Positions 10,286-17,734 of a stretch of DNA of 64,000 nucleotides are shown here, piece by piece (within the stretch, counting starts at the first letter, position 1; every line of letters starts with the position of its first letter). Under the pieces are notes generated by a model, which did no database searches, was not told the DNA's origin, and saw only the letters and a list, made by a program, of their open reading frames with translations. The DNA is from an uncultured Clostridia bacterium. GTDB lineage: Bacteria > Bacillota > Clostridia > Oscillospirales > CAG-272. Position numbers and translations under genes: made by a program. Where the stretch lies: assembly GCA_944384585.1 (NCBI GenBank), contig CALWTY010000005.1, positions 414-64,413 on the forward strand. Reading direction: 5' to 3'.

Positions 10286-11041
10286 TCAGAGCAGGAGAAA
10301 TTCTCCCGGGGTCATCAGCCGATAGGGGAGCGCCGGATAGCGTTCCTTCATGATCGAAGAAAAACGTCCGGGATCTCCGCCGTGCTCGGCGAAATTCCAA
10401 TAATGGCAGGGCACGCAGAGTTTCGGACTGACCAGCCCGAAGAAATCCGCGCCGCTCTCCTCGTTGAGATTGCCGAATGCGCCGTTGATCGGAGCGAACA
10501 TCAGATCGATCGGCAGGGCGCTCATTTTTTCTGCGATATCGGGGCGGAAGCAGGTATCCCCCGCGAGATAGACCGACTTCTCCCCGCACTGCAGGTACAG
10601 CCCGACCGCGTCGGGCGTCTCGGGGCCGTGATCGCATTCCACGGCGGTCACACGGAAGCAGCCCGCCTGCCGTGTGCTGCCGCAGGCCAGCTCGATCATT
10701 TCCCCGATCCCCAACCGGTCGCATTCCGCCCGGCAGTCGGGCGCGGCGATAAGCTTTGCGCCGGCCGCCAGCAGGCGGGGGATCGAATCGGGATCAAAGT
10801 GATCGAAATGCGCATGGGTGGCGCAGACGTAATCAAAGCGGAGATCGTCAGGGCCGATGAGCTTCGGCATCAGCCGCTTGAATCCGAAGTATCGCTCGCA
10901 GCAGTCGGAGAGATAGAGATCGACCGCGAGCAGGGTGTCGTCGGGGGCCTTGAGGATCACCCCCGCCTGCCCCATGAAAAACACGCCCAGCCGTCCCTCA
11001 GAGACGCGGCAGGATAAAATTCTGATTGCGGTATCTGTCAT
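10286..11041 (-). CDS. MBL-fold metallo-hydrolase (UlaG-like lactonase family)
   Basis: THAHFDHFDPD metal-binding motif. ATG 11041 follows SD aaagagga. A TTG at 11071 overlapping the SDR stop is an alternative start. Confidence 0.75.
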   Translation of the reverse strand: MTDTAIRILSCRVSEGRLGVFFMGQAGVILKAPDDTLLAVDLYLSDCCERYFGFKRLMPKLIGPDDLRFDYVCATHAHFDHFDPDSIPRLLAAGAKLIAAPDCRAECDRLGIGEMIELACGSTRQAGCFRVTAVECDHGPETPDAVGLYLQCGEKSVYLAGDTCFRPDIAEKMSALPIDLMFAPINGAFGNLNEESGADFFGLVSPKLCVPCHYWNFAEHGGDPGRFSSIMKERYPALPYRLMTPGEFLLL

Positions 11042-11067
11042 ATGCGTTCCTCTTTCCCGACGGTCTG

Positions 11068-11856
11068 TCAAAAATCGCGGGCGAAGCCGCAGGTCCAGCC
11101 GCCGTCGATGGTCAGGACACTGCCTGTCATATAGGAGGCCTCGTCGGAGGAGACGTAGAGCGCCGCGTAGGCGACGTCCTCCGGCTTGCCGGGGCGGTGC
11201 TGGGGAATATGCGAGAGCATCTTCTCCGCACGCTCCCGATCGGCGTAAAAGAGCGCCTTCGTTCCTTCAAACAGGATCGAACCTGGGCAGATGGCGTTGA
11301 CGCGGATCTTCTCCGGTGCAAGCTCCAGCGCCATCGCCTTGGTCAGATTGATGACGCCGGCCTTGGCGGCGGCGAAGGCACACTGATTGCGGAAGGGTAT
11401 CTGTCCCACGACGCTGGAGATGTTGAGGATGGAGCCGCCTCCCCGCTTGATGAGATAGGGGGTAATCCCCTGCGTGACGCGGAAGACCCCGTCAAGATCG
11501 ATCGAGAGAATCCACTCCCATTTGTCGGAGCTGAACTCATGGATCGGCTTGCGGTCGTTCGGTCCGACATTGACGCCGGCGTTATTGATCAGGATATCGA
11601 TGCCGCCGAACTCCTTCTCGATCGCTTCTCCCGCTGCGGCAATGCTTTCGGGAGAGGTGACGTCGAACGCAAAGGCCTTGGCGCTGCCGCCCGCCCCGAC
11701 GATATCGGAAGCGACCCGCTCCGCGGCGGCGGTATTGATATCGCAGATCGCCACGTCCGCACCGTTTTCCGCCAGCACCGACGCCATCGCAGCGCCGATT
11801 GCGCCGCCCGCCCCGGTGATCAGCACCGTTTTCCCCTTCATATCCACTTTCATCAT
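11068..11856 (-). CDS. short-chain dehydrogenase/reductase family protein (non-canonical active site)
   Basis: TGAGGAIG, NNAG and NISS motifs are present. The YxxxK position reads F161-AAA-K165 (codon ttc at 11374-11376). Confidence 0.85.
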   Translation of the reverse strand: MMKVDMKGKTVLITGAGGAIGAAMASVLAENGADVAICDINTAAAERVASDIVGAGGSAKAFAFDVTSPESIAAAGEAIEKEFGGIDILINNAGVNVGPNDRKPIHEFSSDKWEWILSIDLDGVFRVTQGITPYLIKRGGGSILNISSVVGQIPFRNQCAFAAAKAGVINLTKAMALELAPEKIRVNAICPGSILFEGTKALFYADRERAEKMLSHIPQHRPGKPEDVAYAALYVSSDEASYMTGSVLTIDGGWTCGFARDF

Positions 11857-11858
11857 GG

Positions 11859-12929
11859 TTATCGTTCCTCCGTATGACTGCCGGGTTGCTCCCGGTTTGA
11901 TGTATATAGGTGAAGATTGCTCTTGATCACGATCCGCGGCACGACGGTGTAAACCGTCTCCTCCAATCGGTTCTGCGTGATGTAGTCGTACATTTTTTCA
12001 AAGGCGAGCGCCGCCTGCCCGAAGGGATCCTGATAGATCGTCGCTCCGACCGTCCCCGCCCGGATCTCCTCCGACAGCTCGGGGAAAACGTCGGAGGCGA
12101 CGACGGCGACCCGTCCCGCCCGTCCGCTTTTCCGGATCACCTCGATGACCGGCGCGGAGTTGGCGGAGCTGATGTACACGCCCTCGGCATCGGGAAAGCA
12201 CCGGAACGCGCGGTCGGCATATTCGGCAGCCAGCGTCGGATTGTCCTTCGCGTCGTATTCCGCCAGCACCTCAAGCCCTCGCTCCGCCGCCTCTTGCCGA
12301 AAGCCTCCGAGAATGCGGGTCTGGACGTAGGAATCCTTTTGCCCGGTAAAGAGCAGCACCCGCCCTCGGCCGGTCATCACGGAAAGCAGCTCCGCCGCCA
12401 TCCCGCCCGCCGTGGCAAGATCATTCTGAACCGAAAAGAGTCGTCCGCTTTCCGGCGCATCGGAGGTGACGGTGGCGCAGGGGATCCCCGCCTTCCGAAG
12501 CCGCCCGATCGCGTCCAGCGCGGCAGGGGTATATTGGATATTCATGATCACGCCGTCGCAGCCTCCCTTGCGGAACTCGCGGAACACCGCCGCACAGCGC
12601 TCCTCCTCCCCCTTGCCCGGCTCGATCAGCCTCACGTCGCACTCGACCTTGAAATCGGCCAGCTTGTCGCAAGCGCTCTTCACCCCGGCGATCAGCTCGT
12701 TATAATAGGCAGGGATATTGGCAATCATGACGCAGCCGATCCGGATGGTTTTGCGCGACAGCCGCCCCGCCGCACGGTTGGGGCGGTAATTGTACCGTTC
12801 CGCGACCTCGAGGATCATCGCGCGCTTATCCGGATCGATCTTTCCCTTGGGATCGAACGCCCTGCTGACGGCGGAAATCGTCGTTCCGGTCAGGCGGGCG
12901 ATATCGTAAATGTTGACTTTTCTGTCCAT
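11859..12929 (-). CDS. LacI-family transcriptional regulator
   Basis: N-terminal HTH (IYDIARLTGTTISAVSRAF) plus a periplasmic-binding-fold body. First gene after the promoter and operator. Confidence 0.9.
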   Translation of the reverse strand: MDRKVNIYDIARLTGTTISAVSRAFDPKGKIDPDKRAMILEVAERYNYRPNRAAGRLSRKTIRIGCVMIANIPAYYNELIAGVKSACDKLADFKVECDVRLIEPGKGEEERCAAVFREFRKGGCDGVIMNIQYTPAALDAIGRLRKAGIPCATVTSDAPESGRLFSVQNDLATAGGMAAELLSVMTGRGRVLLFTGQKDSYVQTRILGGFRQEAAERGLEVLAEYDAKDNPTLAAEYADRAFRCFPDAEGVYISSANSAPVIEVIRKSGRAGRVAVVASDVFPELSEEIRAGTVGATIYQDPFGQAALAFEKMYDYITQNRLEETVYTVVPRIVIKSNLHLYTSNREQPGSHTEER

Positions 12930-12945
12930 TTTTGTTCCTCTCAGG

Positions 12946-12959
12946 TGAAAGCGCTTTCA
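12946..12959. promoter_or_regulatory. perfect 14-bp palindrome TGAAAGCGCTTTCA (cre/LacI-type operator candidate)
   Basis: Exact inverted repeat that matches TGWAANCGNTNWCA. Located 9-22 nt downstream of the -10 and 17 nt upstream of the lacI-family ATG. Confidence 0.6.
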
Positions 12960-12967
12960 TTGGTTTG

Positions 12968-12996
12968 ATTATATCATTTCTTATGGTTGATGTCAA
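12968..12996 (-). promoter_or_regulatory. consensus sigma-A promoter of the sugar cluster
   Basis: Exact TTGACA, 17-nt spacer, TATAAT on the minus strand, with TGa directly preceding the -10. Confidence 0.8.
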
Positions 12997-13087
12997 TAGG
13001 TTTCGTAAAAAAATCCTAAAATCTTCCCGAAACCGCCGCGTTCCTCCCGTCCCGAAGCATATCAGACACGGCGGGCTGCCTGCCGGG

Positions 13088-13183
13088 GCGCCGGGACGTT
13101 CCGACCGCCGCTCCGATATACTGATCCGGCCGGGATTTTTCGCCGGAGGATGCGCCGGGACATTCCGACCGCCGCTCCGATAT
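13088..13183. repeat. 32-bp direct repeat, 2 copies, 64-bp period
   Basis: gcgccgggacRttccgaccgccgctccgatat at 13088-13119 and 13152-13183, with one mismatch. Confidence 0.8.
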
Positions 13184-13190
13184 GCTCCTG

Positions 13191-13237
13191 CTCCCGTTCT
13201 GCGGCTCCCGTTCTGCGGCTTCCGTTCTGCGGCTTCC
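13191..13237. repeat. 14-bp tandem repeat, about 3.3 copies
   Basis: ctcccgttctgcgg occurs twice, then cttccgttctgcgg, then a partial cttcc. Intergenic, immediately 3' of the DeoR-family gene. Confidence 0.8.
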
Positions 13238-13254
13238 TTCCTCCGGAGTCCCTG

Positions 13255-14046
13255 TCACCACGCGTCCTCTCCGTCCTCCCACGGCGCGGCAGGCAGTCCG
13301 TCCTCCTCCGCCACCCGATAGGAACGGAACACCCCTTCAAATTCCGCGCGGCAATCGGAGATAATCTCCGATTCCGACGGCTCGGACGCCCGATAGGTAA
13401 AGCTCAGGCCGTGCTTGCTCCCGTCCATCAGGAAAAAGGTTCTGTCGCTGCGCTCCCTGACAATCCGGATCTTCGCCGCCTCCCCGGCATGGGGGGTCGT
13501 GACGCCGTGACGCTCCGAAAGGCCGTTTGCGCTCATGAACGCCAGGTGAAAATGCAGCCCTCTGAGCTGCGCCTCCGTTTCGCTCCCCACCACAGAGCCG
13601 ACATCGCCCCGCACCTCTCCCCCGATCGCCAGACAGCGGAAGCCGAGCTTGACGGCGCGCAGCACGGTATATATCCCGCTCGTCACCACCGTCACGTCCT
13701 TTGCTTTGATATACTGCAGGATCGGGTAGACGCTGGAGGAGGAATCGAGATAAATCACATCGGAATCCCCGACCAGCGACGCGGCGCAAGCCGCCATCCG
13801 CTTCTTGGCGCGGGTGTGGATCAGCAGCTTGGAATCGATCGGCAGATCATACCGCTCCTTTTCATCGGGAAGCTTCGCGCCTCCCCGCAGCAGGATCACC
13901 CTGCCCTGCGCCGTCAGCGCCTGGAGATCCCGCCTCAAAGTCGACGGGGAGATCGTCGGAAAGGAGGAAAAGATCGTATGCAGCGAGGTGTATTCGCTTT
14001 GAGTCAGAAGCCCCATCAGCGCATTCCTTCGTTCCTCGGCGATCAT
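13255..14046 (-). CDS. DeoR-family transcriptional regulator
   Basis: N-terminal HTH (SPSTLRRDLQALTAQGRV) plus a DeoR C-terminal sugar-phosphate sensor fold. Start at MIAEERR after SD gggaaggga. The tracked ORF extends through the promoter. Confidence 0.88.
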   Translation of the reverse strand: MIAEERRNALMGLLTQSEYTSLHTIFSSFPTISPSTLRRDLQALTAQGRVILLRGGAKLPDEKERYDLPIDSKLLIHTRAKKRMAACAASLVGDSDVIYLDSSSSVYPILQYIKAKDVTVVTSGIYTVLRAVKLGFRCLAIGGEVRGDVGSVVGSETEAQLRGLHFHLAFMSANGLSERHGVTTPHAGEAAKIRIVRERSDRTFFLMDGSKHGLSFTYRASEPSESEIISDCRAEFEGVFRSYRVAEEDGLPAAPWEDGEDAW

Positions 14047-14092
14047 GGCAGTCTCCCTTCCCTCCCGCAGCAGCTGCTTGTGTGATACAGAT

Positions 14093-14121
14093 AGGATATC
14101 ATATTTATCAGAATATGTCAA
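14093..14121 (-). promoter_or_regulatory. promoter of the DeoR-family gene
   Basis: TTGACA, 17-nt spacer, TATCCT on the minus strand, with TGa before the -10. Confidence 0.6.
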
Positions 14122-14122
14122 C

Positions 14123-14151
14123 CGATTTTTCAAAATATTTCGTAAAAATCG
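14123..14151. promoter_or_regulatory. inverted repeat between the divergent promoters (operator candidate)
   Basis: cgattttt-N13-aaaaatcg lies between the two -35 boxes (14116-14121 and 14162-14167). Confidence 0.4.
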
Positions 14152-14161
14152 ATAATATCCC

Positions 14162-14190
14162 TTGACAGCACCCGTCCGATATCTTATAAT
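14162..14190 (+). promoter_or_regulatory. consensus sigma-A promoter of the 176-aa gene
   Basis: Exact TTGACA, 17-nt spacer, TATAAT. Confidence 0.8.
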
Positions 14191-14255
14191 AAGAGCATAC
14201 GGTGAACCGATCACCGGGTTCTTAACAAATTCTGAAAATATCAGGAGGAATCACG

Positions 14256-14786
14256 ATGGGCAACAGCAACCTGCTCCCGATCGGGGTAAGACGGGACGGA
14301 TCCTACTACACGCGGATCCTTTGGGCCGATGTAACCGAAAATGACCCGACCTTCTGGGTCAACAATCTCATCAACGACGACCTGGAGCGCAACGGCGGAA
14401 CCTGGGGCGCCAACTCCGAGACGACGGCCAACGCCGTCCTTGATTTCTTCGGGGAGACCCAGCCGATCGGGCGGATCGGCATTTACAAAAACGTCGGCAT
14501 CACCATCAGCGTCCTCGAGGAGCTGGCCAGATATATCGACATTTATGTCTGCACCGACGACTCTCCTCTGAGGCTCCGCCGCAAGGAGGACAAGATCGAC
14601 GACGTCGAATGGAGGAAGATCGCGCATTTTGACATCGTAATGGAGGAGGGCTGGCAGACCGTCGTCCTACCGGAACCTGTCAAGGCGAAATATCTCCGCG
14701 TCGAGCTGCGGGAAAACTTCTGCAAGCGGGACGCTTCCTTCATCCCCTGGATCGAAACCAGCGAGATCAAGCTCTACCCCGCCTGA
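14256..14786 (+). CDS. hypothetical protein, galactose-binding/discoidin (F5/8 type C)-like, no signal peptide
   Basis: SD ggagg lies 7 nt before the ATG. Strand-pattern motifs IGRIGIY, YIDIYV, WRKIAHFDI, AKYLRVEL and EIKLY resemble a discoidin jelly-roll. The fold call is tentative. Confidence 0.6.
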   Translation: MGNSNLLPIGVRRDGSYYTRILWADVTENDPTFWVNNLINDDLERNGGTWGANSETTANAVLDFFGETQPIGRIGIYKNVGITISVLEELARYIDIYVCTDDSPLRLRRKEDKIDDVEWRKIAHFDIVMEEGWQTVVLPEPVKAKYLRVELRENFCKRDASFIPWIETSEIKLYPA

Positions 14787-14956
14787 ACCTCCGATCGGAA
14801 GACGGAGGCTGCGCCGGCAGACGGAAGCCCCGCGCCATCAAAAAAAGCGGAAGGCCGTTTGCCGGCATCCCGCAATGCCCCGCTATCCCGGCGCAGGAAG
14901 GGGAATCCCTCTTCCCCCGCCCCCGGAAGGCGGCGTCCCCCGCTTCCCCTCACTTC

Positions 14957-15000
14957 AGAATAAAACGGACAGCGCCCTAGGGCGCTGTCCGTTTTATTCT
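14957..15000. terminator. bidirectional rho-independent terminator
   Basis: 44-nt perfect palindrome agaataaaacggacagcgccc-ta-gggcgctgtccgttttattct, between the convergent 176-aa gene and rnj. Confidence 0.85.
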
Positions 15001-15015
15001 GTGTATCCGCTCTCC

Positions 15016-16692
15016 TCAGACGTCCATGACGATCGGAAGGATCATCGGCTTTCTGCCGGTACGGGAGAAGATGAATTTCGAAAGGGAATTCTTGACCGCC
15101 GCCTTGATCTCGGTGCGCTCGAAAACATTGCTGTCGAAGCAGTCGTTGATCGCGTCCTTGGCGATCTCCCGTGCCTTCTCCATCAGCGCCTCCGACTCCC
15201 TGACGTAGACAAAGCCGCGGGAGACAATGTCGGGCCCCGACACCAGCGTGCCGTAGGAGAAATCGATCGACGCCACTACGACGAGCAGGCCGTCCTGCGA
15301 AAGATGCCGTCTGTCGCGAAGCACGATATTCCCGATATCTCCGACGCCGTAGCCGTCCACCAGCACGATGCCGGCGGGGACGGTTCCGTTGAAGCGCGCC
15401 CCGTCCGTTCCGATCTCCAGAACCTTGCCGAGATCCGAGATGAAGATATTGGTTTCGGGGATTCCCATATAAATGGCGTTTTTCTTGTTCTGGACGAGAT
15501 GCTTGAACTCCCCGTGGATCGGCATGAAGTATTTCGGCTTGGTGAGCGCCATCATGAGCTTCAGCTCCTCCTGGCAGGCGTGTCCCGAAACATGAACCTC
15601 CACCAGGTCGTCCTTGAAGACGTCGGCACCGTTCTTGAGCAGCTCGTTGATGATCTTATCGACCATCTTTTCGTTGCCGGGGATGGCGCTGGCGCTGATG
15701 ACCACGAGATCGTTCGAGCCGAGCTGCACCTTGTCATGACTGCAGAAGGCCATCCGATAAAGCGCCGACATCGGCTCTCCCTGACTTCCGGTGGTGATCA
15801 GGGTGATCTGCTCCGGCGGGTATTTTTTGATATCGTTGATATCGATCAGCACGCCGTCGGGAGCGGACATATAGCCGAGCCGCGTTGCCGCGCCGACGAT
15901 ATTGAGCATCGAGCGGCCGGTGATGGCAACGCGCCGTCCGTACTGCGCGCTGGTATTGATGATCTGCTGCACGCGGTGAACGTTGGAGGAAAAGGTCGCG
16001 ATGACAATCCGTTTGTCGGTATTGCGGAGAAAGATATTGTCAAGCGACTGCCCGACCTTTTTCTCCGACGGGGTGTAGCCGGGGCGCTCTGCGTTGGTCG
16101 ATTCGCACATCAGCAGCAGCACGCCCTCGTTGCCAAGCTGACCGAGGCGGGTCAGATTCATCATCTCCCCCTCAATCGGCGTCAGATCGAGCTTGAAGTC
16201 ACCGGTATGGATGATCGTGCCGACCGGGGTTTTGATCGCCAGACAGCAGGCGTCCGCGATCGAATGGTTCACGCGGATGAATTCCACCGACATACAGCCG
16301 GCGGTCACCGTCTGTCCCGCTTCGACGCAGTTGAGACGGGGATTGAAGCTGAGCTGATGCTCCATCAGCTTGTTCTCGATGATCCCGAGGGTGAGGCGCG
16401 TGCCGTAGATCGGGATATCGAGCTTACGAAGAACGTAGGGGATCGCCCCGATATGATCCTCGTGTCCGTGGGTCAGGAAGAGACCGCGGATTTTATCGGA
16501 ATTCTTCTCGAGATAGGTGGTATCGGGGATGACCAGATCGACGCCCAGCATATCCTCGTCGGGGAAGCCGAGACCGCAGTCGACCATGATGATGTCGTTT
16601 TCGTATTCGATGACCGCAAGGTTTTTCCCGATCTCGTTCAGCCCTCCGAGCATCATCACCTTTACCTTACTCAGCTTTTTTCTTCTTGCCAT
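15016..16692 (-). CDS. rnj: ribonuclease J
   Basis: GGLNEIGKN N-terminus, HGHEDHIG beta-lactamase motif, beta-CASP body and about 555 aa length. The start at MARRKK (16692) lacks a clear SD. ATG 16656 is an alternative. Confidence 0.92.
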   Translation of the reverse strand: MARRKKLSKVKVMMLGGLNEIGKNLAVIEYENDIIMVDCGLGFPDEDMLGVDLVIPDTTYLEKNSDKIRGLFLTHGHEDHIGAIPYVLRKLDIPIYGTRLTLGIIENKLMEHQLSFNPRLNCVEAGQTVTAGCMSVEFIRVNHSIADACCLAIKTPVGTIIHTGDFKLDLTPIEGEMMNLTRLGQLGNEGVLLLMCESTNAERPGYTPSEKKVGQSLDNIFLRNTDKRIVIATFSSNVHRVQQIINTSAQYGRRVAITGRSMLNIVGAATRLGYMSAPDGVLIDINDIKKYPPEQITLITTGSQGEPMSALYRMAFCSHDKVQLGSNDLVVISASAIPGNEKMVDKIINELLKNGADVFKDDLVEVHVSGHACQEELKLMMALTKPKYFMPIHGEFKHLVQNKKNAIYMGIPETNIFISDLGKVLEIGTDGARFNGTVPAGIVLVDGYGVGDIGNIVLRDRRHLSQDGLLVVVASIDFSYGTLVSGPDIVSRGFVYVRESEALMEKAREIAKDAINDCFDSNVFERTEIKAAVKNSLSKFIFSRTGRKPMILPIVMDV

Positions 16693-17080
16693 AAAACCAA
16701 AATTACGCCTGCCGAAAAAAACGGCAGACCTATCCTTCCGTTCAGATTTGATATTTTTCGGATGGGCGGAATTGACGTACCTTCCGCCGTCCCCTGCATT
16801 TTTTGTCATTACCGAACGCTCCGCCGTCCGGGGAGCCGCCATCATACCGTACTACGGCGGATAATCCTTGATCCGGTGGGAACGCTGAATCACGAACAAA
16901 TATGTTGCTCTCATTATACCATCGATATATGAAATTTATGAGGGGGAAAATGTTAACATAGCGTAAACGTGCGCCCCCTTTTCTTCCGGAAATGCGGGGA
17001 AACGGTATAATTCCCCTCCGTTCCGCAAATACTGTTTCCGAACGCGGATCGCATCGGCGATCCGGGAAAGGAGAAACACC

Positions 17081-17302
17081 GTGTCAGACAAAAAACAATC
17101 GGGAAAACGAAAAAGAAGCAATCCTCCCCTTCCGAACCAGGCCGTCAGCGCCTACACCGAGAGCGCCGATCCTCTCGGCAGCTATACCGGAGTCACCGAA
17201 ACGATGACGCTGCCCGGAAAGAGCATGCCCCGTCGGGATATCGGCGGGAAGATCTATATGCGGGTGGAGGATCAGCCGGTACAGGACGCCGACGATCTCT
17301 GA
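17081..17302 (+). CDS. hypothetical small protein (73 aa)
   Basis: GTG start 7 nt after SD aaaggag. Basic N-terminus and acidic C-terminus (PVQDADDL). No family recognised. Confidence 0.55.
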   Translation: MSDKKQSGKRKRSNPPLPNQAVSAYTESADPLGSYTGVTETMTLPGKSMPRRDIGGKIYMRVEDQPVQDADDL

Positions 17303-17578
17303 TCAGAGGAAAATCAGCGCGGCAGCCCCTCCGATCAGCAGGCCGGCCAGAAACAGGATCAGGCGGAGCAGCCGTTCCCTCCGCCGCCTTGCCCGCCCGT
17401 TGAAAAGCGGTTCCGGCGGAATACGGTTGGCGGCAATAATCCGACTCGCCTCCGAGACCATGTCTCCCCTGTCGGCCTTTCTGCCCGATCCTTCGCGGAG
17501 GATAAAGTATGCCTCCTCGAAGATCGGGCTGCCGGTATTTTTCAGTACGATCATGCTGCGCTGTATTCCCTTGATCAT
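17303..17578 (-). CDS. hypothetical protein with C-terminal transmembrane anchor (91 aa)
   Basis: ATG 8 nt after SD gggagg. C-terminal LILFLAGLLIGGAAALIFL segment preceded by RRRRER. No family recognised. Confidence 0.6.
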   Translation of the reverse strand: MIKGIQRSMIVLKNTGSPIFEEAYFILREGSGRKADRGDMVSEASRIIAANRIPPEPLFNGRARRRRERLLRLILFLAGLLIGGAAALIFL

Positions 17579-17734
17579 CAAGCACGCCTCCCTTCGGCAT
17601 CCGCCGCTTCGAGTATCGGCGAAAATAAGCGGCTCTATTCATTCTGCGGCAGACCCGCCGTTTCCACGTTCGGCCGTGACCCGCGGCGGCGAAACCGCCG
17701 CTGATTTTATTTTACCCATACGAAAGGATGCAAA

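Noticed and set aside
14875-16932. 685-aa plus-strand ORF
   Set aside because: Antisense to RNase J, and it runs through the bidirectional terminator. Low-complexity sequence.
17081-17578. Toxin-antitoxin pair
   Set aside because: The two small genes are convergent, not co-transcribed. Neither resembles a toxin or antitoxin family I know.
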